From: Paraspadella gotoi
Lineage: Eukaryota; Animalia; Chaetognatha
Assembly (NCBI GenBank): GCA_051294375.1
Contig: CM119263.1
Span: 18,128,628 to 18,192,627 of the forward strand
DNA: 64,000 bases
Direction of reading: 5' to 3'
Shown: piece by piece, positions 13,595 through 26,110 of the stretch
Layout of the letters: the number at the start of each line of letters is the position of its first letter
Position numbering within the stretch: position 1 is the stretch's first letter
Notes under the pieces: model-generated
Seen by the model: only the letters and a program-made list of their open reading frames with translations
Told to the model about the DNA's origin: nothing
Databases searched by the model: none
Program-made: the position numbers and the translations under genes

Positions 13595-15610
13595 CTCTCA
13601 TCGTGGGAATAAATATCAAACAGATTTAATTCTCGTTTTCGTCGACAGTTATCAGACTCTTGTTTTTTCATTAATAGTAATATAGCACCGCCTCGGTACC
13701 AGTTTTTATCCTCCAGGACATTTATCTACGAAAAATGTGGTTTTTCTAAGTATTTTAGTTTTTTTATTTGTATGAAAATTTTCAAATTACTTGTTTCACT
13801 ATTTTTTATTTTTTATTTTTATATTTTATGAAAGATTTACCTTTTAATCTATATTCTTTAAATATATATATATTGCTTTCTTAAAAAAATTTTACTTATC
13901 ATTATATCTAATAACTCATTTTGGGAATGGGAAGTCAGTGTTGTCTTCTGGAAATAGAGGGAGCAATTATTTGTATGTATCAAGCTTCCCTTTTCTCCGT
14001 CTTACGAGTTTTCCTATTTTCGCGAATTCCATCCACGTTTCGATCCTTTGGGTTTCTCGGACGAACCGACGGTCAACGTCCTCCTTTTCTCTATTTTCGC
14101 TCTTCCCTACTTCTCAACTTCTCTGTCTCTCCAATTCTCTATTTTTCTCTACCTTTTGCCCTTCTCTAGATATATATCTCATATCTTCTCATATCTATTA
14201 CTTCTTCGCCTCTCTGGTTGCCAACTTCTCTCCGTATCAGTTTTTCTGCCACGTCTGTGTTCCAGTTCTCAACTTCACTAAATCTCCGCTTCTCTCTTTT
14301 CCGAATTCCTTATCTCATCCGCTAATGTGATTTTTTTTTTCTGAGTCCCCGACCAAAAGAAAACCCTCGCTCTACAAGTGCGCTCCGCCATTTCTTTCTC
14401 GAAAACCTTTTTACACCGCAAAACTTCGTAACCATGACAACCGCGGAAACGCCTTTTTGTGACGATGGATCGCTCTGAAATCTCTCGCCAATTCTCCTTC
14501 TGTCGCCCTAATCCCGTATTAACGACACACCCACCCAATCACCCACCCAATCACCAACCGGGTGGGTGGAAGAGATTCTCGGTTTTATTGTTTTTTTTTT
14601 GCGTTTCCTTCCTCTTTAGACCACTAAGGAGGCCTTAGCCCGCTACGCTAAACCCCTTTTATACCATTTTTATTTGCCAAGTGGGAATTTTTTAAAATGG
14701 TATACTTTTGAGTGTCCTGTCGGTCTGTCGGTTCTAATAACTTTTAAAAGTTTAAAAGTTATTGGCGACTCCAAAGAAATATGGAGGCGCGGTATATGAT
14801 TGCGAGCGATAGAAAAAAAATGTAGACGTGATCAAAATCAAAGCGTCGATTAAAGGACCGATTTCAATGTCTCTTTCTCTTTCATACTTATTTCTCTGAA
14901 TTTAAAAAAAAATATACAATTATATATTATCCCTTATTATCCCTTTATTATCCCTTCCCATCCCTTTTTGTTCAGCCTCTAAGATGACATGAGTTCTCAT
15001 CAATGACTTTAAAACAGAAATATATAGTAATATAATATTTTTAATTAGACTAGTACCCTCAGAAGAAAGCTTTTTTGACAAAAAATATTTTAACACCATA
15101 ATCTATGCTCATAATAGATTATTTCAACGCTGTATACCATATTATTTAAATTTCATCGGCTATGGCTAACAAAGTATTTTAACCTTGTGTTGCTTAGATG
15201 ATCCCTCTTTCTAGTAGACAACACCAACATCCCCCCCTCACAGAAATAAAACAAATATAAAGATAAATAAATAAAATAAATATAAAAAATCTTAACTTAA
15301 CATATATAAATGATATAAATATTGAATAGATAATTTGCTTGACATTCCTTTCCGGCTGCTAATTTTTCAATTGAGCGAATATTTTTTGAGAAACTGTCTG
15401 CAAAGGCGCGGAACGGATTTGAAAGAAGAAGCAAAACGCCCCTCTAATAATAAATACGTTTTCGAAACCTATTTAACGCAATAAGAGACATTAAAAAACA
15501 TTAATTCACTTGTCCGGTTACTGAGATTTGTTTCTTTTCTCGATTTTCATTCATTTTCTTTTGTTCCCCTTGATTCTTTGTCTGATACTCAGTTTGTCTG
15601 TCTCTCTCCT

Positions 15611-15684
<74 letters not shown>

Positions 15685-16853
15685 ATGCCTTTCATCTAGT
15701 CAGGAGTCATCAAAAATCAGACAATACTCAAAGAATAGAATGCGTTATATCATTAGCCGGACTACTTACTTAGTAACAAGTCGAAAACGTTTTATCAGTG
15801 ATTGTCTGGTGGTCCTATCACCACAGATGATTAAAGCCTCATTGGCTCAGTGGACTAATGCACCATCCCAATCTGCGTCCCTGGTTCGAGCCCTGAGGTT
15901 GTCATGTAGAAAGTGGGATGGACCGGGTAAACCGCCTGTAGGCAAGGGTCTACTGCCAGATTCAAAGCTCTGGGACTACATGAACATGCTGTCTCGCACG
16001 AGGTGACACCGCTGTGGGTGTGGCGCCCTGTAAAATCAGCCTCTTCAATTGACCTTTTAAGAACGTATTAAAATAGTTTTAAATTCATTTTTTACTGATA
16101 TCCTTCTCTTTTAAGGCTAAGATAACTCTCGTCTGAAGTAGTAGAAATGTGTTTTTTTTTATTTTAGGCGTCAGCTAATCGGAAATATTTACTTTTTTAA
16201 AAATCTTTCGAAAGAATTTCAGTTTTTCAATATTGATTTTTTCAAGTTGTCGAGTCTCGGGAGTGGATAGACATACTTCCGAGGATTAAAGAAAGAACTT
16301 TTTTATTAGTACTCTGAGTTATTTCACGTAAAAAAAGAAAATTAAAAAAACAAACATCCGATCGATCCGTCAAACATTTTTACCTTAGCTTTCGTGACGT
16401 GATAACCGCCGCATTTGCTGCACGAAAGTTTTTTGCATTCTTGACACCGGAAACGTTTGGAAGAACCTGAAAAATTTTTGAACTAAATGCTGTCACAGTA
16501 AATACAATGATTTCCATTACTTTTAACTCGAATTACCAAGAAAAAAAAGGGTATTTAGACCTGACAATTATGCATTTTACGGACATTCCTCACAACTGCA
16601 AGAATTTTAACAGTGATACGGTGTTTGGCCCTCGAGATTCCAAATTAAGGCAATAATTCTAAAACCACGTGTCCACAGTGGTTGTCCTTCCTGTTGTCCT
16701 TCTTGTCTCCCTGGTCCTTGACGTGGTCGTCGTCGTCGTCGTCGTCGTCGTCGAAGAGCGTCATTCCCGATGTCATTTTAATTAGAAACTAATGGGAAAA
16801 TCCGAACAAGTCTAGTTTCCCCTCGGTCGTCTGGGTCGTAACCGGTGTCGTCT

Positions 16854-16891
<38 letters not shown>

Positions 16892-18291
16892 CGTCGTCGT
16901 CGTCGTCTCGTCGTCGTCGTCGCCTCAGGGTTAAAAGGAAGCGTTTCCCCACTTCTGACATTGAACATTGAACAATGAACAACCACCCGTATTTCCCAAA
17001 ATCAACTTTACGATTTTATTTTTTTTTTGTGTGTACTCGGTACACCGAGTTTTTGAAGTCATAACTCGAACTTCGTTGAAACATCTGCCAATGACAACAG
17101 TTTTTATCTTTGATTCGATTGATTTGATCGATTTGATTCCTCGATGCTTCAGTTGTATGAATAGATTAAACATATAAAAAATACCTAGTTATAATAGTGA
17201 TAGTAATAGTGATTGTAGCTTACATAGATTTCACCGTTGACATATAAAAAGTTTATTTTTTTCCCTCTAAATGTATTTTCACTTTGTCCGTTTATCTGTC
17301 TCAAGTTTCCGTTCATTCACTTCTCTCTCTCGTCCTCACCAAGAATCTTAAACATGTCGCCGCAAAGAAGACACTTGGTCGTCCCGTTGCCGAGCGCGGA
17401 TTTTTTAAGTCGTTCCAGCCGACGAACGTATTGCCTGCCCAACGAAGCGGGGAAATAAGTTTTATTAAGACTATTGGTAATAGAAAAAAAAAAAATAGAA
17501 TCGGGAAATTTATCTCGCGAGAGTCACGACCGCCGATTAATGAACGGAAATCTAAGTCTCTCCGGATGAAAGAGGATTAAGATTACATCCGGGGCTGTGA
17601 GCCGAAAAAAAAAAACGTAGGCGGCGCTATATCGTTTTTCGATTGAATCGAATCCCGACGTCGATCGACGAGGAAAACGGCGTCGCCCCTGCGTGACGCC
17701 GTCGTGACCATGGCGGCCCCGCCGAGTCAGACGGCGTCGAGAAAATGGGTTAATTACAGAGTCTCAGTGCTATTACTTAAGTTGATTTGGTATCGAACGA
17801 ATCGTTTTTTTTATTCCGAAAAATAAAAATTTGTTTTCATGGATTTATTTATTATTTATTTATTCATTTTACTTCTCTTTAAATCTTTGGTACATATTGT
17901 TATCGTGCTAAATGATACACAATCAATGAAAACGTCCGCCCCACCCACCGTACACAGCCCTGACTTACCCGATCCTGTCTTCTTCCATCCGTTCCATGTT
18001 CTCCGCTCGTTTGACGACGGCAACGATGGCCTCTTGTTCGGTGTCGTCGAGGCGGAAAGCCCCCGCCCCGAAGCGGGTCTTCAGGGAATTTCGACGGTGC
18101 GATTGAAGGGACCATCCTGACCGGAGTCTGATGGAGGGTAGGGTCACAGCGTCAACGATTAAAACATTAAGCTATTTCGGAGACTGACCGTGAGACTGAT
18201 ATATATCCGACTATCCAATATCCATGTAATTTATCGGCAAGTAATTTATTCAATTGAAAACTATGAATAGCCTTTTTATAGGGCACCTAAT

Positions 18292-18351
<60 letters not shown>

Positions 18352-18456
18352 AGAGAGAACGAGGTAAGAGAACGGTAAACGGTAAGAAGAAAGAATGAAC
18401 AGAATATCGCTTTCAGACGAGGCGGTGCCAGGTCCGTTGGCGAAACCGAAGATGAC

Positions 18457-18506
<50 letters not shown>

Positions 18507-19512
18507 CGAAGAGAGAGAGAGAGAGGGAGAAGAGAGTGGGTAAAAGATTGTGTAAAAGACCTTGTTGCTTGGGGCCTGTGTCTAATAAATATGAGAGACG
18601 TTTTCAGAAACAAAATAAATGTGAAATTGTGAATAGTATAAGCTGAGACAATAATGACTGGGACAACAAAGAATATTTTTTTATTGTGGAAAAAAAGGGA
18701 AAAAATTGCTACTTTTTGAAACGCGAGGAATTAATAAAGTTGACGAATAATTAAAAAGAAAAAAATTAAAACAAAAGTAAAAAAAAGAAAGAAAGAGAAT
18801 AAAATGAAAATTGCGTAAAAGAATGAGAGAAATCGGAAAAATGAAAGAGAATGAAAATCCCGATGGGAAAGAGAAATTTTTTGTTCTCCGCGAAAAAATG
18901 ATGATTTAATGTGTTGCTCGAACGGGAAGTGATAATGAGAAAGAAAAATAGATTTTGTGACAATAACTGTAACTATAAGTATAACTATATCTATAAGTAT
19001 AATTACGTAATTACAACGAAAACGATCCCACTAAAAAAAAAAATAATTCTGAATGAATGAACTTGGAATTATGAAATTAAAAAGAAAAAGCAAAAGCACT
19101 CAGATAATATATCTCATTGTTTAATGTACACAATGTATAAGCAAAGTACCTCATTCCCGACTTTCCTTTTATTCCCAGTTCCCACCCCAACTTACTTGGC
19201 GCGGAGGGCGAGGTTTCTATCGTCGGGACACACCCACGGGTTCGGATCTTCTTCGTCGACGTCGTCCCGCTGACGCCACTCTAACCTTGCCGCCGCCAAA
19301 GCGCCCGCCGACGAGCTCGCCGACGTGCCCGCCACCGCGCCAGCAGGAACGCCCCCCGGCTCGGATTCGAAATTGCATCCCGAGGGTGTCGACGAGGCGC
19401 TGAGTTCGCTTCCGGTGGCGCCGCTGACGCCGCTGATGAAGCTTCCGGCGGCGCGCGAGTCGGAAGAGTCGGAAACGACTGAAGATCGAGGCGAAAGCTG
19501 AGGTCCGAACAT
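1..19512 (-). CDS. RPH3A: Rabphilin-3A/Noc2-family Rab3/Rab27 effector with N-terminal Rab-binding domain (FYVE-type zinc finger); 3' end lies outside the window
   Basis: Phase-consistent GT-AG exons: 19512-19196, 18127-17969, 17434-17340, 16466-16384, 3304-3175, 2888-2661, 2569-2141, 2043-1789, 1714-1490, 1329-736, 669-505, 436-<1 (~1038 codons in window). The spliced protein reads ...[22 protein letters not shown]...[111 protein letters not shown]. This matches the rabphilin/Noc2 WVCPxDRxLALRAKL motif, four CxxC pairs and the SGAWFF motif. No C2 domains are visible in the window, so rabphilin vs Noc2 is not settled. Confidence 0.88.
4511..4555. repeat. Perfect inverted repeat, 22-bp arms, 1-nt centre
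   Basis: aatcgacagattttgcggaaaa-t-ttttccgcaaaatctgtcgatt. Confidence 0.95.
5418..5640 (-). mobile_element. tRNA-derived short interspersed repeat (family A, copy 1)
   Basis: Highly similar to 56960-57192. It has a 72-nt tRNA-like head (5609-5538) with acceptor stem GCGGCCA/TGGTCGC and B-box-like GGTTCTAGCCC; the D and anticodon arms do not pair. Confidence 0.7.
8824..11816 (-). CDS. Large Rab-family GTPase (566 aa) with long N-terminal extension and charged coiled-coil; GTPase domain resembles Rab3/26/27 and RASEF/Rab44/CRACR2A types
   Basis: Exons 11816-11528, 11266-10393, 9452-9221, 9129-8824 total 1701 nt, in frame, all GT-AG. Motifs: G1 GDSGVGKT, effector loop [11 protein letters not shown]3 WDTAGQE, G4 GNKVD, G5 FEASA, C-terminal ...EEKACC prenylation motif. 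The exon-2 acceptor was chosen on phase and polypyrimidine tract. Confidence 0.9.
13783..13919 (+). repeat. AT-rich interspersed repeat, copy 1 (copy 2 at ~32035-32170)
   Basis: caaattacttgttt...tttacttatcattatatctaataactcat is shared between the two loci. Confidence 0.65.
15836..16048 (+). mobile_element. tRNA-derived SINE-like element (family B)
   Basis: A box TGGCTCAGTGG (15843-53) and B box GGTTCGAGCCC (15883-93) are followed by a ~150-bp GC-rich body ending in ctcttcaa. Single copy in the window. Confidence 0.5.
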
Positions 19513-20007
19513 CTGGAGGAGTCGGGGTTTTTGTTGTTGTTGTTGTTATATGAGCGGGATCAAACGGAGAAATATTTGTTGCTTCTTAACCGAACAACAA
19601 TTTTACTTAACAACGCAATATTACATTTATCACAAGTGTCGCATATTGTCTTTTCATTTTTTAAATCGAGACAAAACTATTAAGAAAAGGAAATTGATAC
19701 AGCCCCCTGAAGAAAAAAAAAATCGACCGCGAGAGAATAACGAATTTCTTCATTCCTGGGATTTTTGAATCATGTTACTGAGATTAGATTTGTGAGCTGG
19801 AATTCGATTTCAAAAAATATTTCGTTCCAAAATTCGACGCGAAGGTGCGACGACCGATAAATGTTTTTTTTGTTTTGGTAACTTCTTTTTTCTTAGGATG
19901 AACTTCTTATAACAATATATTTACGTGTTAACGACTCGAATACACCCGATAGTTATTTAACGGAACAACACCCAAGATCTCAACAAAAGAGCAAATAAAT
20001 AACTCAC

Positions 20008-20330
20008 CGAAATCGTGTTTTGCGACGGACACATCAGCGTGAGACGTGAGGCTTCGTGACGCATCAGCCCGAGACGCGAATCACGCGTTTAAATCTCGGA
20101 TTACATTTGATCGTAATACGAATCACATCGGCTTGTGTATGACATCTCAGTTCGATGAGGGTACTCGCATCAGGTAGAAAAGAGAGTTTCACATCGGGTC
20201 GAGCGAGCGGCTCATCGCATCTCGCGCCAAGAATCTCATCTGCCAGAGTTCGTTAATCTCAGATTCCGCGTCGTGTGAAACTGTTTGGGACGAGGAAGAC
20301 GAGTTTCGACGTAGACGTCAGCGCGATTCG
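20008..20330 (-). other. Probable upstream (5'UTR or short coding) exon of the rabphilin-like gene
   Basis: GC-richer block bounded by ttttcag| and |gtgagtt. The ATG at 19512 is directly preceded by an acceptor-like ctccag. An in-frame N-terminal extension MRHEASRLTLMCPSQNTIS is possible. Confidence 0.35.
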
Positions 20331-20678
20331 CTGAAAACGAATCAAAATTCCAAAAAAACACGTTTTATCATTTTCTCTTTCTTTTTTGATTTTAAAATTA
20401 ACCGTCTAAAATTGATTGCTCCTTCTTTTTTATGACCGTTAGTCGAAATGCGACATCTTGAATTTAAAAAAAAAAATTATCCTAATAAAGGTAATTAACA
20501 GTTTTCGTTTTATTATATTAACAACGGAGGAAATCGGAGATAATTCAAAAAAGCTAGGTTGGCTCGACGTCGTCCGTGGTTTTATAATATCCGAGCGAAG
20601 CTGCGACGCTCGTTTCTCAAAATAGCGCCATCTACACTCTCCCGAGACTGCAGGGAGAAGAGAGAGAGAGAAATGAAG

Positions 20679-20749
<71 letters not shown>

Positions 20750-20873
20750 GAGAGGGAAGAAAGCGATGGGTTTCTCGCCAGATTTAGAAAGGATTGTGGA
20801 GACTTTCATTTTTTTCCATTTTTTCGAGGCTTTCTTTTCGCCTCAGGCGAATCTCTCTCTCTCCTCCTCTCTC

Positions 20874-20933
<60 letters not shown>

Positions 20934-22885
20934 TTCTCTCTCCTTCTCCCTCTCTCCCTCTCTCCATGTTTTCTCTTGAGATATGTATTTTGATGAAGGA
21001 GACCTCGAAATATTCAAAATCAAAATTTAGATGATGAATGCCCACTTTTTGTACAAACTTGGCAATTACCGTTCACACCATGTCAGTCTGCATTTAGAAA
21101 AACGACGATGGCGCCGGAAAAAAATCCTTTAAATGGACTTTTTCTGTCTGCAAATAATTCTTTACTGAATAGCAATCCGTTAATTATCTTTGTCTAAAAG
21201 TTGTTTATTCGTGATGAAATAGTGATCAAACTCGTCATTTGTCCGCTCAGAGTTTTTCTTTTCGAGGTCGCCAGTATTTCCTCCCGAAGCAGATGGGTAC
21301 CGTCTTACGATTTGATTGGTTCGCTTCGAGATTTTCAGTTTTTCCTTAAGGATTAAAAAAAAAAAAAAAAAAAAAAAATCCCAACAGTAAGGGCGGAGAG
21401 AAAATCGAATTGTTTTCTCGTTTGTTATTGTTTTTATCGATTATTCCGCTAGAGTCGATATTGGATGGAGCTCGTTTACATCAATGTTGGAAAATAGGAA
21501 GACGTGGGGAACAGTAGAGCTAGGCGAGAATGCCTGTCACGTCATTAGATTTTTCTACCATCTGTTTTTGCAGGTGGCCAAGCTTTCTTGGTTGAGTTAA
21601 ATTATATTTCTAATTATTTCATATGTTATCAGGAAGTTAAGTTACGTTTTTAATTGGACTTTGCTAATTTACGTTTTTCCACGTCGTCTCACTCATGGCG
21701 CTACGGAGAACGCCCTATCTCAATGGGAGCTCTTGTCAGCGACGAACTCATTAAGCCTCTTTGGCCTTCGGTCGGGAACGCCAGGATTTGTGAGCGGCGG
21801 CAAAACAGCGTGAAGGTGGTGGCGAAATGGCGAGGGCGGGGGCGGGAAACCAGTGGGGCGTTTACGGGGAAGGTTACGGTCCTATGATGGCGAAATATTT
21901 GTCTGGGAATAAGGAAGCAGCGTAGCGGTGAAGAAGAAACAGCGGGGCCCTGGCATGAAAGCAGCGTGGCGGTGATGGAGAAACAGTGAGCCAATGGTTC
22001 TGCGCTGACGAGGAGTGAACGAATGTTCTGAAATTGAGGCGTCTTGTCAATTGCGTTAAAACGTGTCTACCAATCAAACTCACTCATTATCTTTTCTCTT
22101 CCATGGTCCCCATTGTTCCTGATCCAAAAATAGGTGCTTTCAATAGTGTGATCAAAGTTTGCTCAATGCTCTTTGGGGATCGATGCCGGTACCTATTGTC
22201 TATTACTCAAAGACCCACCGGGTCACGACTGAAGGTGTCATGCTTATAAGAGGGGTGAACAACTGAACTTATTGCAATGCATCTTCCACCACATGTCTCT
22301 TAGCTTTGCTTATTGAATACGCCGAGATTAAACCTGAATTTTTTATGGTGGTTGTTACAAAACNNNNNNNNNNCATATCTCTTAGCTTTACTTATTGAAT
22401 ACGCCGAGATTAAACCTGAATTTTATATTGTGGTTGTTACAAAACAAAGTAGTGAAGATGAAGTCATTATCTAATCTCTATTCCGAACAGCTTTAACGCG
22501 CTCCAGACGAGATGTACGCTAAATTAAGAACCCCTCCCCTCGTTCGCCAAAGGCCTCTGACGTCAGTTAACCGAACATCACGTCAGTCTTTCCACAACGC
22601 GTTAATAACCTTACGTCACGCGCCAACTATTGAGTCACGCAAAGAGAAAAAAATGCCGCTGGTAACGCAAAAAAAAAGAAGAAAAAAAAAAGAAAAAAAC
22701 GGGCAGTTGCGCAGCGGTGAACCCGGGTCAAACGTTGCGAGCGGCGGTGAAGCCTTCGAGCTGACGTGTCGAGCCCGGATTACATTGAGATCCACTTTGA
22801 GGGAAAAAGAAGGTTTGAAGTTGCCTAAGGCGGAGCAGAAACAGCTGTTGTTTTTTCCTTCAAGGATCCCTCTCTCGCTCTCTTT

Positions 22886-23002
<117 letters not shown>

Positions 23003-23663
23003 AAGAGAGAAGGAAGAGAGAGAGAAGAGGAGAGAAGAGGAAAGATTTTAACAAAATGCAAAAAAACAGGTGACGACGGGAGGCGATGTGACTTCGGGCG
23101 ACGGCGGCGACGCTAATAACATTTGCAGCCGTGAAACTGATTTTCTCCTCTGACAACAAAACAGTTTTTTTCTGTTTTGTTTATGGTGCCTCGCGGATCA
23201 TGGGGAGGGAGAAAGGAGAGCAACTAGGAATTCAAGGTTTTCTAATCAGTTGAGCGCGTCGGAACAAAGAATCGTCGCCTGAGGCCTCAATATATTTATT
23301 GGCGCCTAATGTCAATAGTATTGGCAATCATAGCTGGAGTTTCTTCAACATTGACAAGATTAAATGTCTTACCTCAACGCAAATGACAAATGTTCACTCG
23401 GAAATGTCGCTAAGAGATGTTAAAAAAGACAAACAAAACTTAGTTAAAAGACTATTTTGAGACATAGAATTTTTTTTTATGTATATATTGATAAAACCGA
23501 TGATTGTATATTATTAATTGTAAATAACTGCCGCCGAATTTCGAAGTCGATATTCGCGACGCGAGCGGCTTTTCCCAGAATGTTTCGAGTTTCTGACCGA
23601 CCGACCAAGACGTCAATAAACCTGTTTGCATCGAAAGCCGAGTTATCCTCCCTTCACACCTGC

Positions 23664-23715
23664 GGCCGCCACCGCCTCCACCTCCGCCGCCACCGCCGCC
23701 GCCTCTGCCGCCGCT

Positions 23716-23755
<40 letters not shown>
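23664..23755. repeat. (GCC)n trinucleotide microsatellite
   Basis: Imperfect then perfect GCC run. Confidence 0.9.
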
Positions 23756-23756
<1 letters not shown>

Positions 23757-24927
23757 CACTATCCACTCTCATCGCCGCCACCTGCGACGTCATCGGCGGT
23801 GGGAGAATGCTTAATCTTAATAAGCCTTTACTTGGTAAGGTTGGTCATTGACCACTGGGTTTCGTCCCGTTTTTTATTCAATTAGGATCTAATTTCTTTT
23901 CTTCTGTCGCACGAACTTCATCCCTTATTCCAGTTTAAAGGTCAGAGTATCAAATGTGGCCAGTAACATGAGGGTCTCCGTTTATTAAGTCCTCGGAGTC
24001 GCTGAAATTTCCCTTCATCTCTCAGTCTTGTAAACTGAATTTAGAAATAAATGTGCTGATATATGGAGATGAAATATATCTATTTAAATGTCTCGGCCAG
24101 CATCCCTAAATACGTAACGCTTGTAACATTCTATTAACAAAATCGTATTTAATATCTAATTTTATCCAAAAATACTAAACGAGTAACTGGTTCCATTGGT
24201 GCGTCTTCAACCGTCTACTTCCAGGAACCATTTATTTTCTTTAAAAAAACCTGAAAATGCCGCTTTCCTCCCTCAACCTCAAGAAAAAAAAAAATTCCGG
24301 AATCAACTTCGGGGCCAGTGGTTGAATCTTAGCGACTCGGTAGACTGACACAACTAATTCCCCCAAGTGACAGTGACAAGAAAATGAAATGACGAAGTAA
24401 ACCGATGATCGGGCGAGAGATTTAGAAGTGTGACGCGTCACTGGTCGAGCGAGAATCGCCGAATGGAAATCGTTTCTGCCTCTAAATATGTAACTCAATC
24501 TTATCCAATATTATCCAATATTTATAAAAAACAAATATTATCCAATAAATTAAAATGTAACATGACTCAGAGAAGAAAAAGATATGCCACAGTATGTACA
24601 AAATATTTACCCCTTGTTTTTACCCATTATCTTTAAACCTTTAACAACGTTTTACTTAATATTTGACCAACTGTACGACAGTTATTGATGTTGAGTTTCC
24701 TCTGAGGTTCCGCTCTTTGTTTGTGTTGTGCCGTCGAAAATATGAGTGTCAGAAAGATGAACGTAAGTAGTATTCATTTTGGAAAGTCTCGTTTTACATT
24801 TTTAGAAAAAAACTGTCTTCATTTTAAGTTGTATAAAATAAGGCAAACATACTGTACGTATTGCTGTACGTAATGCTGTTAAAAAGATTTAGGTTCGCCA
24901 TTACAATTGACAAAGCAAAGAAAAACC

Positions 24928-25093
24928 AGTGAAAAATTATGCCCAAAAATATTCCCTTGCTAATTGGGGGCACTGTGGGCTCTGTATGCCCTTGGGGCAG
25001 GGCAAAGCCAATAAACCTTAACCTCTGACACGGAGGTAAGGCCGCTTGTATGAGCTAGTGAGCGATCTCGCTCAAAAGCTCGAGTGAAAAATT
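24928..25093. mobile_element. 144-bp hairpin-rich insertion between 11-bp direct repeats (possible target-site duplication)
   Basis: agtgaaaaatt occurs at 24928-38 and 25083-93. Internal stems: tgccct/agggca, cctt-acctc/gaggt-aagg, gagct-tgagcg/cgctca-agctc. Confidence 0.4.
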
Positions 25094-26016
25094 GCGGATT
25101 AACGATCATCCGCGCTTCTCGTTGATTATCCATTTTTATGCGAAGTCGCGCTTTCCTCCTTTTATTATCATTTTTTTCAAACCGTCGAGAAAAAAAAAAT
25201 GCCGGGTTTAAAATAATCCACCGCGATCGCTTATAGATGATTTAAATTAGATTAATTTGTTCACGTTTTCCGTTTATAAATACATTTTTTTTTAGTCGAC
25301 GTCGTTGTTGTACACGTTGGTGGGCGTGGGGGGTCAAGGCAATTATCGACCGAGTGACGTTTATTAACTTTGGTATTTCGCGAGGAAAAATAAGCGAAGA
25401 GGAAGAAGAAGAAGAGGAAAAGAAAGGAGGCGGAGGAGGAAAAGAAGAAGAAGAAGAGAAGGGAGGCGCGTGAGAGGAGAAACTGGTTGGAGAAGAAAGA
25501 ATAAAAGGAAAAAGAAAAGGGGGATGAAATACCAAGAAATAAAAAATAAGGAGGAAAAACTATTTTGAGGAAAGTACTACTTGAAATAAGGAACCAAGTA
25601 ATTTTTCAATTTCTATATGAAATATGTACATATAAATATACCTAAATATAAACAAAAAAAAAGAAAAAAAAAGAGTTATAAAAATGGATGGAGGAATTGA
25701 GGAAGACGGAAAAGAGTAGAGACCAAAAAAAATTAGTACAAGAAAACAAGAATAAAAATTATGACATAATAGAGTAGAGCTAAGGAAGAAGAACTATATA
25801 TATTATATATATATACATTATATAATTGAGAAGGTGAGAAAAGGGATTTGGATGAGCGCGGAATAAGCAAAGATGACGACGAGGAAGAGGAGGATGAGAT
25901 TAAGAAATATGGACGAGAGGCCGAGCGGGGCGAGTCGAGGAAGGAAAAGAAAACACGGGCGACGATGAAGCAGGAAGACGAGGAAAAAAGAGAGGATTAA
26001 GAGGAGGAACCGGAGG

Positions 26017-26110
<94 letters not shown>

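Noticed and set aside
22293-22445. ~70-bp direct repeat
   Set aside because: It straddles a 10-N gap, typical of an unmerged contig overlap or allelic ends.
23560-23840. Poly-Pro/poly-Ala/poly-Gly ORFs and a downstream donor site
   Set aside because: Explained by the GCC repeat; the candidate coding frames could not be linked to other exons.
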